Assembly (NCBI GenBank): GCA_049303795.1
Contig: JBAQNM010000015.1
Location: 36,590-100,589 of the forward strand
Direction: 5' to 3'
Origin: Candidatus Moraniibacteriota bacterium
GTDB lineage: Bacteria > Patescibacteriota > Minisyncoccia > Moranbacterales > UBA2206
Length of the DNA: 64,000 bases
The first letter of the stretch is position 1, and the number at the start of each line of letters is the position of its first letter. A program made the position numbers and the translations under genes. Shown here one piece after another: positions 20,193 to 29,061 of the stretch. The notes under the pieces were generated by a model. The model saw nothing but the letters and a program-made list of their open reading frames with translations. It made no database searches and had not been told where the DNA came from.

Positions 20193-20807
20193 TTATCTTT
20201 CCGAAATGAATCGCAACTTATCTATCGCTGGAGTGTTATATATAAAATCAATTTTCTCTGAAACAATTTTAAGTATTTGCTGAGACGGCAGAGGCAGTAT
20301 TATACTGAAATTTTGATTTGGTGCTGGTGGCGTAGGCATTGTCGCCTGATTTACATTCACAACATTAATAAAATTACTATTTTGATGATCAGAAATTTTT
20401 TCAATCACAACATCTAAATATGCAGCATTTGTATAGAATCTACTTATAATGTCAATTTCTGATTCCTTAAGATCATTAACAAATAAATGAATATTTTTGT
20501 GCCAGCTATTGGTAGGCAAAAGTTTATCGGCAAGTTGATAGTTATAATCATTCACGCGAGCATCTTTTATTTGATGCTCTGCATATCTAATTTCTTGTAT
20601 AATCAATTGAGCAGAGTCCCGTTTATGATCAGACTTTTGTTTTAAATATAATGCTATAGCGGTTCCACCAACTAGTAATGTGACGATGGCCAAAAAGAAA
20701 TTAGAATTAAAAAAAGTATTAAATTTTGTATAAGATAAATATGCTAATGACGACCCAATTCCCAAGAGTAATATATAAAAACTTATTATATTCTTATCTT
20801 TTTTCAT
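20193..20807 (-). CDS. hypothetical membrane protein (2 N-terminal TM), co-operonic with the proteasome-like gene
   Basis: 204-aa ORF starting 4 nt after the stop of the upstream gene. Two hydrophobic helices. Confidence 0.55.
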   Translation of the reverse strand: MKKDKNIISFYILLLGIGSSLAYLSYTKFNTFFNSNFFLAIVTLLVGGTAIALYLKQKSDHKRDSAQLIIQEIRYAEHQIKDARVNDYNYQLADKLLPTNSWHKNIHLFVNDLKESEIDIISRFYTNAAYLDVVIEKISDHQNSNFINVVNVNQATMPTPPAPNQNFSIILPLPSQQILKIVSEKIDFIYNTPAIDKLRFISER

Positions 20808-20811
20808 AAAA

Positions 20812-21738
20812 TTATTCTATTTTTAGCTCTTTTTGCTTAATCCAGTTAAAACCACTCGGAGTTAGAACTAAAACATCCACAGGTCCACCGACACCAGGAA
20901 TATCACCTGGATCAGCTTGGATTCCATCAGAAAATCTTTGCAATGCTGCGGTTGTTTGTATAACCAGAACAGTAAAATCAATAGCGTCCTGAAGTGTCAT
21001 TGCCCCCCAATTTATGGCATATTCCAGTCCATTAAGTTGCTTCTCTATTTCTGCTTGTTTACCATTCTTTACACTTTCAACAACAAAAGGTGCATTAAAA
21101 ATTCTAGGATCCCAACCCTTAACAATTCTTGTAACAACATCGGTTTGTCCAAGCCAGCCAGCACCGTATTCTAAATTCTGTTGTTTGCTATCTCTCATTT
21201 TTAAAACTTCTCCTGGCACATTAACATTGTAAACTTCATGTGAACCGTCCGCGTTATATCCAGCAACAAATAAAGCTAACCCATCCACTGTTCCAATTCC
21301 ATCTTTAACTATTCCTGCTTTATCCTTAAATTTAAATTTTATACCAGGCGCCTCCTTTTTGATTTCCAAAAGTTCTAATCCTTGATTGGATAAATCAATT
21401 TTTACACGTTCCATGAGCTTATCCAACTCTGCATCAGGATTAATCTTCTTATCAAAAAGATAATGCAATTTATCAGCAACGTCTCTCACTGAAAAGTCTG
21501 CCACTTCAACCTCCCGCTTAAACTGCTCAATAAATTTACTAATATTTTTAAGTACACCATTCTCCTGAATAAAAGCAATCCCAGTTATTGCAACACCTAT
21601 GCGATCATTTATTAAAAATAATTTAGTAGCAGAATCAGAACCAACCCTAGAAACGCCTTTTTGATTTCTGTAAGATTGACGACTATCAGCTGCTAAAACC
21701 ATGCCTTCTGGCGTTGTTGTATTTATAGCTAAACTCAT
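20812..21738 (-). CDS. proteasome beta-subunit/HslV-like Ntn-hydrolase family protein with a C-terminal extension
   Basis: N-terminus ...NTTTPEGMVLAADSRQS...SATKLFLINDRIGVAITG parallels proteasome beta TT(I)VG..VVLAADTR...K(33)...AG. Putative Thr1 after a short propeptide; Lys at +33. An extra ~100 aa at the C-terminus. Confidence 0.5.
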   Translation of the reverse strand: MSLAINTTTPEGMVLAADSRQSYRNQKGVSRVGSDSATKLFLINDRIGVAITGIAFIQENGVLKNISKFIEQFKREVEVADFSVRDVADKLHYLFDKKINPDAELDKLMERVKIDLSNQGLELLEIKKEAPGIKFKFKDKAGIVKDGIGTVDGLALFVAGYNADGSHEVYNVNVPGEVLKMRDSKQQNLEYGAGWLGQTDVVTRIVKGWDPRIFNAPFVVESVKNGKQAEIEKQLNGLEYAINWGAMTLQDAIDFTVLVIQTTAALQRFSDGIQADPGDIPGVGGPVDVLVLTPSGFNWIKQKELKIE

Positions 21739-21829
21739 ATAATTGATTTTACTTTATTTAAAAGCCTTCTTATCCTATTTTACCATATTTAACATAAAAA
21801 TCAACCCGTAATTAAAAGGTATACTTGCT

Positions 21830-21867
21830 AACCAAGTAGGTTCCAACTTCATCCCATAGCCTCAACA
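21830..21867 (+). repeat. dispersed intergenic repeat, copy 2
   Basis: AACCAAGTAGGTTCCAACTTCATCCCATAGCCTCAACA. Confidence 0.55.
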
Positions 21868-21878
21868 TTTCACTAACT

Positions 21879-21906
21879 TAGGCTCATTTGAGCCTTTTTT
21901 ATTTTA
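21879..21906 (+). terminator. hairpin plus T-run immediately 3' of repeat copy 2
   Basis: AGGCTCA-TT-TGAGCCT followed by TTTTTTATTTT. Confidence 0.5.
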
Positions 21907-21911
21907 ACCTC

Positions 21912-21940
21912 TGGACAAGTGGCGTTTTTTGTGCTATACT
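21912..21940 (+). promoter_or_regulatory. sigma70-type promoter
   Basis: TGGACA, then 17 nt, then TATACT, with TG at -15/-14. About 50 nt upstream of ATG 21991. Confidence 0.55.
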
Positions 21941-21990
21941 TTCCAGTTAACGGTGAAAATGACAATCATTCAGAAAAAGGAGAGTTCTTT

Positions 21991-22293
21991 ATGAAAAATT
22001 TCGTTGAAACCTATCTGGTAGGTGTAGCAGTTCAGGCTCTTGCTAGTTTTTGCGAAAAGAAGGGCGTAAAGCTCCTTCCGCATACCCTTGCGGATATCGC
22101 AATGACTTGGCGGGAAAGAAGAACTTTTGAATGGACCCCCTGCGAGCCAGCTTTTCGGAGGATTATGTTCATCAATCCGCTCCAAACGGGTGCCAATGTT
22201 GCGGTGGTATTTAACTACCAAGACATCGACAGCTCACTGACTGAGGAGCTTAACAGGAGCATTTACAATGCCACCAACAATCGTTGGGCATAA
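21991..22293 (+). CDS. hypothetical protein, GC-richer than its surroundings
   Basis: RBS AAAGGAGAG precedes ATG 21991 (the track ORF starts at 21919). 100 aa. Local GC is clearly above the backbone. Followed by a ~140-nt GC-rich 3' region and a strong terminator. Confidence 0.45.
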   Translation: MKNFVETYLVGVAVQALASFCEKKGVKLLPHTLADIAMTWRERRTFEWTPCEPAFRRIMFINPLQTGANVAVVFNYQDIDSSLTEELNRSIYNATNNRWA

Positions 22294-22433
22294 TGGCCAC
22301 GATTACACGGGCTGGCACCGTTGTGTTGAAGGCCGATTGACTGACGAACGCCATCCGGAGTGGAATTACAAAACTGGAAAAACTCGCTACAGCTAGCCCA
22401 ACAAAAACGGCCGTTTCTATCACTGAAACTTTG

Positions 22434-22480
22434 GACGACCCGCCCGCTCGAAAGAGCAAAGTGGTCGTCTTTTTTTTATT
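22434..22480 (+). terminator. rho-independent terminator
   Basis: GACGACC...GCTC-GAAA-GAGC...GGTCGTC two-tier hairpin followed by TTTTTTTTT. Confidence 0.65.
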
Positions 22481-22498
22481 TTTCTAAACCATAGCAGA

Positions 22499-22536
22499 AA
22501 CCAAGTAAGTTCCCACTTCTTCTCACAACCTCAATA
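22499..22536 (+). repeat. dispersed intergenic repeat, copy 3
   Basis: AACCAAGTAAGTTCCCACTTCTTCTCACAACCTCAATA. Confidence 0.5.
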
Positions 22537-22656
22537 TTGTGCGAAATATATGCGGTATAAGGTATTCCGATTTTATCAAGATATGCACTCTGATTATGGT
22601 CGGAGCTTCCTCAATATTCAACAAATTAGGCTTTTTAGGCCTTTTTATTTTTCACA

Positions 22657-22685
22657 ATTGACAAAATCCCAAGAACATACTAATA
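22657..22685 (+). promoter_or_regulatory. near-consensus sigma70 promoter plus a conserved ~110-nt leader (module P1)
   Basis: TTGACA, 17 nt, TAATAT. The downstream leader TTTTTATCCTAATTGGGGTAAGAATTGG...CATAAAGGAGA is shared with the leader at 35300-35410. Confidence 0.65.
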
Positions 22686-22803
22686 TCCATAGTCCGCTCT
22701 TTAACAAGTTTAATCATCCAATTTTTATCCTAATTGGGGTAAGAATTGGGTGATTAATAAAATAGGAACTAAAAAACAATCATACACATAAAGGAGAGGG
22801 TCC

Positions 22804-23418
22804 ATGAACAAGCGGAAAGAAAGCATTGCAGAATTTTTTAAAATATTTACTACTCCCCATATGGTATCATCGTTGATGGCAATAATCGTATTTGTCGTAG
22901 CCGTACGATACTTTACTCAGGCCTGGTGGAATATTGATTTCGATGATACCATTTCGGAAGTCGAGTACGTACCACCAACGAAGGTTCACTTCAAAATGAT
23001 CCGCGGAAGAGATATCAGAAAGGAAGAATTGACAGAAATTCTAAGTGAAAATCTTTTTTGGCAAATCGCCAAGAACGCCGATGTAGAAGTTTTAGCTCAA
23101 AACAAAGGTGCGGACATTCAAAACATCTTGCTTTATGTAAGCTTTGACAATGATAAAGATGTTGTTGTGCATAAATTGATGTTCATGCCAAAGCCAGCAG
23201 TGGATTATTGTGACAACCTCCTGTTGACTTATGGCGCGTTTGCGTCACAAATCAAGGACGACAGAATCGTCTTTTACTGCAAATGGCACAAGGCACCAAC
23301 TATCATTGCTTCCACATTGACATTCATAGCCAGCTTAGCAGTGGCGGCTATTGCATGGGGGTTATCGATGCTCATTATGAGCCTTGTGCTACTGATGCTA
23401 TTTAACTCCCCCCGATAA
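22804..23418 (+). CDS. hypothetical membrane protein with N- and C-terminal TM; paralog of 35411-36049
   Basis: Shares architecture with its paralog: N-terminal TM, a conserved FWQIAKNADVEV / FWEIARDSDVEV block and a C-terminal TM helix. Same leader and RBS. Confidence 0.6.
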   Translation: MNKRKESIAEFFKIFTTPHMVSSLMAIIVFVVAVRYFTQAWWNIDFDDTISEVEYVPPTKVHFKMIRGRDIRKEELTEILSENLFWQIAKNADVEVLAQNKGADIQNILLYVSFDNDKDVVVHKLMFMPKPAVDYCDNLLLTYGAFASQIKDDRIVFYCKWHKAPTIIASTLTFIASLAVAAIAWGLSMLIMSLVLLMLFNSPR

Positions 23419-23518
23419 TTTCCTCCCGGTTTTTTTAAAAATTAAAAAAACGGTTGACCAATTAAGGCAAACCGCTTTTGTTTTAATATAAACTACACTT
23501 ATTATACAAATAGTTCTT

Positions 23519-24559
23519 TTATTTTAATGCGTAACGCAATTGAGATGATAAAGAATTCTTGCCGCCTCGATCAGAGATATTATAGGAACCAAAAGGCAAA
23601 TAGTTGCAACCAACCGCATCCACATCTGTATTGAAACATCCTATTTTAGTCTCAAAAAACGGCATTTTTTCAATAATTTCAATCATCTGCTCCGCTGTTT
23701 CTTTTTGAGTAAGCGGTCTATTGATGCCGCCTTCTTCCTCCTGTCGCATCTTTTGTGCATAAAGACTTTGAATGCCCGCATTTACCCCCATAAAAGTAAG
23801 AAATCGTGGTCGGATAACCCCTAGTAATTCAGCGGTGCGTTCAACGTGTTCAATATAATGTTTAATCCCACCAAGTCCCGGCATTATCATTACTGAAGTG
23901 TTCATATTAACCGTCCTTAAAATAGTTGCTGCATCTATCATATTCCTACTTGTACATCCTTTTTGTACATAACGAAGCACATCATCAGAGCCAGATTCAA
24001 CGCCCCAGTAGATCAAATCCAAAACAGCAGGAAAATATTTACTACGCACATACCATTTTTTTCCTTTACGCCATCTTCCGCCGTGGCAAAGATTAGCCAT
24101 ACCATCTTTTCCATGCTTCAAAATATCTGTAGTACGACCATACAAAGCAACACGATTCGGTGTTCTGCCTATGTTTTTGGAAAATTCAATTTGTGTATAC
24201 AAAAGAAGCTGATGAAGCATTTCTCCGTCGATATTTAAGGAATTGCCCCCTCCTACAAAAATGCGCTTAAGTTTCCTTGAAAAATATTTTTCGCCAATAA
24301 GTCTCCAGATATTGTCGACATGTTGTTTATATTCTTCTGGAGTTTTTATGGAATATTTTATTCCACAATATCCTCCGCAGAAAGTACATTTTCCCCAGCT
24401 ACATCCCTTGGTCAACTCAAATTGTATTACATGATCTAGTCTTTCTGATGGAGGTGAAAACATATTTGGCGAACTGTATAAACCTGGAATTCTATATAGA
24501 TCTTCTAAGCTTTTCATCCTCTCACTCCTTTCTACATTGATATTTTTAAAAAAAAACAA
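23519..24559 (-). CDS. radical SAM-superfamily protein with a non-canonical CX4CX2C motif
   Basis: KGCSWGKCTFCGG cluster motif, FVGGGNSL (GGE-like SAM motif) and GVESGSDDVLRYVQKG (the GxES(G)S...L...KG radical-SAM motif). Confidence 0.55.
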   Translation of the reverse strand: MFFFKNINVERSERMKSLEDLYRIPGLYSSPNMFSPPSERLDHVIQFELTKGCSWGKCTFCGGYCGIKYSIKTPEEYKQHVDNIWRLIGEKYFSRKLKRIFVGGGNSLNIDGEMLHQLLLYTQIEFSKNIGRTPNRVALYGRTTDILKHGKDGMANLCHGGRWRKGKKWYVRSKYFPAVLDLIYWGVESGSDDVLRYVQKGCTSRNMIDAATILRTVNMNTSVMIMPGLGGIKHYIEHVERTAELLGVIRPRFLTFMGVNAGIQSLYAQKMRQEEEGGINRPLTQKETAEQMIEIIEKMPFFETKIGCFNTDVDAVGCNYLPFGSYNISDRGGKNSLSSQLRYALK

Positions 24560-24692
24560 ATTCCTGTTTTAAAGAACATTTATATTACCCCCAAATCATA
24601 TACATTTTTTCATTTTTGTCAAGGAATACGTCTTAAATTCTAATCTAATTATCACAATCTTAGAAGAAAAGCCAGACAAACTCAAAATTATC

Positions 24693-25313
24693 CTAGAATC
24701 CCAAGATTTGTCTGACAAAAATAATGTGAATCCTATTAGGAACGAATTCTTTTTCAACTAGCAATATTTTTCCAATCACACTACCAGCATAGTCACTATT
24801 TTTCATGCGCTGATCTTCCAACGGGAAAACATATTCTCCGAGCCTAGTAAAGGCATCCTCCAAATTTTCCGTGATCTTATGTGCTCCAACCACCCAGATA
24901 ACATGCGGACTCGTAAATGCGTATGATGGCAATTGACTGCCTGTCGCACTAGCGTCCAAAACAACACCATCCTTTGTTATGGCATGGATACTGCCTAAAA
25001 AATAATCCGCCAGAACGCTTTTTCTACGCAATTCGTTTTGTTTGGTCAAATCCTCTTCCGCCAGCACTTCTTCTTTTAGATTTTTCCAAGAATGTTTACC
25101 AGATTTTAAAAATTCAGAAAAACCAATCTGATCTAGCGTCGTTGAACTACCAGTCATCAAACTAACACCGGCGGGAATGAGTTCTTTTAATCTATCCAAC
25201 GCCTGCGTTTGATCGTCCACAATTTCGGCTGAAATATTCCTATTTTTTAGGTTTTCAATCACTTTTTTAATAACGGCTTTTGTTGGGATTTTTTCCCATT
25301 TAGAATTACTCAT
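24693..25313 (-). CDS. LUD-domain (LutC/YkgG-like) protein
   Basis: LMTGSSTTLDQIG...HVIWVVGAHKI pattern typical of DUF162/LUD. Confidence 0.6.
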   Translation of the reverse strand: MSNSKWEKIPTKAVIKKVIENLKNRNISAEIVDDQTQALDRLKELIPAGVSLMTGSSTTLDQIGFSEFLKSGKHSWKNLKEEVLAEEDLTKQNELRRKSVLADYFLGSIHAITKDGVVLDASATGSQLPSYAFTSPHVIWVVGAHKITENLEDAFTRLGEYVFPLEDQRMKNSDYAGSVIGKILLVEKEFVPNRIHIIFVRQILGF

Positions 25314-25545
25314 ATAATTTTTAAATTAAACATTTATACTCTGTTATTTTAATACGATATTTCCAGTATAATTATTACACTATAGCTTTTGATTTCAAAG
25401 AAATTGTTTGCTACACTTTATTTACTAAAAATGATACTATAATCTCGTCTCTTAAATTGAGAAGTTTATCAAGAAGTGGTTTTTTATTTTAGAAGTATAG
25501 TTATAATATAAGACTTAATCCAAAAAAAATTAAATATTTTGAAAT

Positions 25546-26289
25546 ATGAAAGAAAACTATTTGACCGCTGAAAATTATTATGAAACTTATTCCGGTTGGG
25601 ATCTCAGATTGATGTATGAAAGAATAAAAAAAATGCAAATTCCAGATAATAATCGGGAGCAACTTAGCACAAAAGAAAAAGCAAATATATTAATTTTGGG
25701 ATCGGCCACGCCAGACAATCTTTCTCGTATTGCCCAAATCGATTCTTATCTTCGACCAGGTAAAGTTGAACAAGATGTGGCTATAATTATTGATCAAAAT
25801 ATGCATCCTCTTGCGAAACATAAAGAGGATATTCTTTGTCTTGAAGGCAAGGATGGATGGAGTAATACACCAAAATCTACACCAGAATTCCCTCTTCCAA
25901 AATTTGAATTGTCCCAAGCTGATATCAGAGAACTCCCTTTTAAAAATAATGAAGTTGATATAATCATATCTGACTACACTCTCAATTACTTAGAAACTAT
26001 TGAGGACATCAATAGAACATTTGAAGAAATTTCTCGCGTACTCTCAACAAATGGACTTGTTTTTATCTCCCTTAGAGGCAATGAAAAATATCCTTACCAA
26101 AAAGAAAACCCCATCAAATTGCAAAATGATGTACAGCAAAAAAATCAAGGAGGTGTAATGGTTAATTATTTCCCCTTACACACCTACTTCGAGATTGCTA
26201 AAAATCATAACTTAAATATCGTCAATACTGATAATGCTGGAACGGATATTTGCGCTCTTATAGTCAAAAAGCAAGAATCACCCAATTGA
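25546..26289 (+). CDS. putative class I SAM-dependent methyltransferase
   Basis: Motif-II/III-like segments: IRELPFKNNEVDIIISDYTLNYL then LSTNGLVFISL. Motif I is atypical. Confidence 0.5.
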   Translation: MKENYLTAENYYETYSGWDLRLMYERIKKMQIPDNNREQLSTKEKANILILGSATPDNLSRIAQIDSYLRPGKVEQDVAIIIDQNMHPLAKHKEDILCLEGKDGWSNTPKSTPEFPLPKFELSQADIRELPFKNNEVDIIISDYTLNYLETIEDINRTFEEISRVLSTNGLVFISLRGNEKYPYQKENPIKLQNDVQQKNQGGVMVNYFPLHTYFEIAKNHNLNIVNTDNAGTDICALIVKKQESPN

Positions 26290-26373
26290 TTGATTCTTTT
26301 TTTGCATAAAAAAATGACTGCCTAGTAATCTAGAACAGTCATTAAATAGAAACACGTAAGTTACAACCTCACA

Positions 26374-27261
26374 TCAACTGCACGGGTCGTCATCTCGATC
26401 ATGATGATCATTATACTTCCTACTGGCTTTATCATATCCTTCTTCATAACCATCCGTGTAGCCTTTGCTATGCCCAGCCGCTTTGCCTTTTCCATAGCCA
26501 GCCTTATAGCCTTTCGCATGACCATCAATATAGCCCGCTGTTAGCCCTTGATCATAGGTTCCTTTACCGTAACTACCGATAATAGTCCACTCCAGACCGA
26601 TTTCGGAAGCTTTTTTTACAAGATCAAGAAAATTATCGACCTTGTCCGGCTCATTTTTGAGCATATGGACAATGCAGAGTATCAGTTCGTGATAGAGAGT
26701 CGCCTCACTAAGATTGAGCAGATTGATTGCCTCCAGAATATTCAAGCTTCTGCCCGCACTCCATGTGTGCAAGCTAATTGCATCCATTATGAATTGGCTC
26801 AACTCTCCTCCTGCCAAATCCCAGATCGCAAAACATCTCCGAATGTATTCTTTGCCTACAGCAGCATCATAAAGTTTTTTTATTTCGATGGCGTACGCCT
26901 CGACCTTCACTTTGTCTTTTTCAGCAGAAAGGGTTCTGAGTTTTTTCGGTCCCAGAGTTGAATAGATATAGGCCCCGTTCCGGATGAGTGTTACCGCGAA
27001 GTCATCATCCATAGCGTTATCGATAACAATCTGGAAAAAATCAGACAGGTCTCCGGATTTTAGTTGTTCGATTATGACCATTCCCTGGCGAATAATTTCA
27101 AGACACGCCTTCGATGGTTGACTTAATGGGACCGCGTTCCTGATGCTATAAGCACCATTTAGGAATATGTCCACAACAGTCACTCCCATAGATTCAAGGA
27201 TTTCACTCAAATCGTCTCCACCGCCGAGTGATTGCAATCTTCTTTTTTGTTCATCGTTCAT
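26374..27261 (-). CDS. hypothetical protein with a C-terminal Gly/Tyr repeat (GYxxG..)
   Basis: 295-aa ORF with GC distinctly above the backbone. C-terminal GYIDGHAKGYKAGYGKGKAAGHSKGYTDGYEEGYDK repeats. Confidence 0.5.
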   Translation of the reverse strand: MNDEQKRRLQSLGGGDDLSEILESMGVTVVDIFLNGAYSIRNAVPLSQPSKACLEIIRQGMVIIEQLKSGDLSDFFQIVIDNAMDDDFAVTLIRNGAYIYSTLGPKKLRTLSAEKDKVKVEAYAIEIKKLYDAAVGKEYIRRCFAIWDLAGGELSQFIMDAISLHTWSAGRSLNILEAINLLNLSEATLYHELILCIVHMLKNEPDKVDNFLDLVKKASEIGLEWTIIGSYGKGTYDQGLTAGYIDGHAKGYKAGYGKGKAAGHSKGYTDGYEEGYDKASRKYNDHHDRDDDPCS

Positions 27262-27543
27262 CTGTCATCCTCCCTTTCGATTGTTGTAAGTTAATAAACG
27301 ACCATTGTTAATGTAAATTTAAAAGAACTTTCAATCTTACACCAAAAAATCAACGCTGTCAATGCACGATTGACAAAAATCAATTTTAATAGTATTATCG
27401 AAAATCGATCATTAAAAATTAAATACTCATTTGAGTAGCAATAAGAATGTAAATCTGTATATTATTATTTTATTACTACTCATATAACCCAGCAAAAAAA
27501 CTATAATCATTTATCCACATCAAATCAAAATAAGGAGTTTCCG

Positions 27544-27843
27544 ATGAAAAATTTATTATTGAAGGCAGAAAATGGGAAGTCCGCCAGCATTACCGTCAAG
27601 AAAGGAGAAAATATAACTTTCGGCGGTACTAATGGTAAAAAATTCAGCTTCAGAAATATCGACGGAGAAAATTATAATATCTCCAATGCTTCAAAAAGAG
27701 TCTTTAAGCAAAGGATTAATGCAAGAAACAACTATCTGATGGATGATTATGGTACTGCCAGAATTGTGTGTGATTGGCGAATAAAAAAAGCTGATGAGCA
27801 CGCAATGATCGTTTATACAAACGAAGGTTACCATCATCTTTAA
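27544..27843 (+). CDS. hypothetical small protein
   Basis: 99-aa ORF with RBS AAGGAG, a TATAAT at 27503-27508 upstream and a terminator downstream. Confidence 0.45.
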   Translation: MKNLLLKAENGKSASITVKKGENITFGGTNGKKFSFRNIDGENYNISNASKRVFKQRINARNNYLMDDYGTARIVCDWRIKKADEHAMIVYTNEGYHHL

Positions 27844-27891
27844 AAACACTCACACAATCAAAAATAGAAATTCCATCACTCAAAAAAAATC

Positions 27892-27930
27892 GGCAGGTTT
27901 GCATAGCAAACCTGCCTTTATTTTTTTATT
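27892..27930 (+). terminator. rho-independent terminator
   Basis: GGCAGGTTTGC-ATA-GCAAACCTGCC followed by TTTATTTTTTT. Confidence 0.7.
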
Positions 27931-28059
27931 AAAAATTTATCTTTACAATAAAAAAGCAGGAACTTTCATTTAGAAATGGCCCGCTCTTCACGACATATAA
28001 TTTATTAGATTAGAGATTAAGGCGATATACTCTCGTAAATAATTAATATTTTGTCAATT

Positions 28060-28836
28060 TTATTTCCTTAATTCTTTTGACCCTACCCATAAGCCTTCGA
28101 ACATAGCTGACATAGTTTCATTTATTTCATTCGATTGAATAAGCACGGCAGAAATATTTTTAATAGACGTTATGAAAGCCACTTTATCATCAAAGATAAT
28201 TATGACTGACTGAAATCTACCTTGCATTATTTTAGGCAAATAGCGCGGATTACGTTCGCGCATATCCTCTGGAGTCAAACTTTTCGCATCTGAAACATAT
28301 TCCCAAAGCGAGCGCGATTGAATGTTATTTTCTTTTCGTGTTTTTAAATAATAACGAGCATAACTAGAATCAAATTCACTAAAAAAATTCTTCTTCGGTG
28401 CAATAATATTCCACTGACGACTCCTGCAGTAAAGCGCTTCCTCGACCACCAATTTTATCCCTTCAATACCCTCAAAATGAGAAACCTTGAAAGTATCTTC
28501 TTTTTGCTTAACGCGATCAAGAAGTAGCGGAATAACACTTTCAATTTCCTGTTTTCTTTCTTGAAGCAATCTTATCTCACGATCAAAAAATTTTTTAATA
28601 TTTTCTGGCGAAGTCATAGAGAATATTAATTTGGCCCCCGTCCCACTTTCCCGTTTTGAAGCTAATCCCTTTTGAATCAAAGTATTCAGAGCATGATAAA
28701 TAGTCGTCCTATTAATACGCGTTGTTTTTTCCAATTCCTTAACACCAATTGAATCATAAGAGAGACCTCTTAAATAAATTTCTATTTCCGTATCAGTTAA
28801 ACCCATCTTTTGAAGAATAGTTTTCACTTGAGACAT
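28060..28836 (-). CDS. TrmB-family transcriptional regulator
   Basis: N-terminal wHTH LGLTDTEIEIYLRGLSYDSIGVKELEKTTRINRTTIYHALNTLIQKGLASKR typical of TrmB. Start at internal Met (the track ORF begins at 28890). Confidence 0.65.
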   Translation of the reverse strand: MSQVKTILQKMGLTDTEIEIYLRGLSYDSIGVKELEKTTRINRTTIYHALNTLIQKGLASKRESGTGAKLIFSMTSPENIKKFFDREIRLLQERKQEIESVIPLLLDRVKQKEDTFKVSHFEGIEGIKLVVEEALYCRSRQWNIIAPKKNFFSEFDSSYARYYLKTRKENNIQSRSLWEYVSDAKSLTPEDMRERNPRYLPKIMQGRFQSVIIIFDDKVAFITSIKNISAVLIQSNEINETMSAMFEGLWVGSKELRK

Positions 28837-29061
28837 AAACTTGTAATAATAATTATATCCGCATTTTACCCCATATTCTTTTTTTGTCAATTTATATTTG
28901 AACTATATAATGCTTTTTTTAAGGCATATCACAAGCTTGTCATTCATTCATTATAAACACATATTAACACTTTTTTTATTTCCATTAATATAAAGTTATG
29001 ATGAGTTCTTTAAAAATAAACAAATTTGATTTTTAATCTTCAAGAGAAAGGAAACAAAATT

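Noticed and set aside
22296-22343. 15-codon ORF (MATITRAGTVVLKAD) overlapping the stop of the 21991-22293 gene
   Set aside because: It is too short to support. It may simply be part of a structured GC-rich 3' UTR.
22550-22753. 67-aa plus-strand ORF
   Set aside because: It spans the P1 promoter and the conserved leader of the 22804 gene. This is a conserved noncoding element, not coding.
27511-27519. TTATCCACA DnaA box as evidence for oriC
   Set aside because: It is a single isolated box 10 kb from dnaA with no cluster or AT-rich DUE pattern. One 9-mer is expected by chance in AT-rich DNA.
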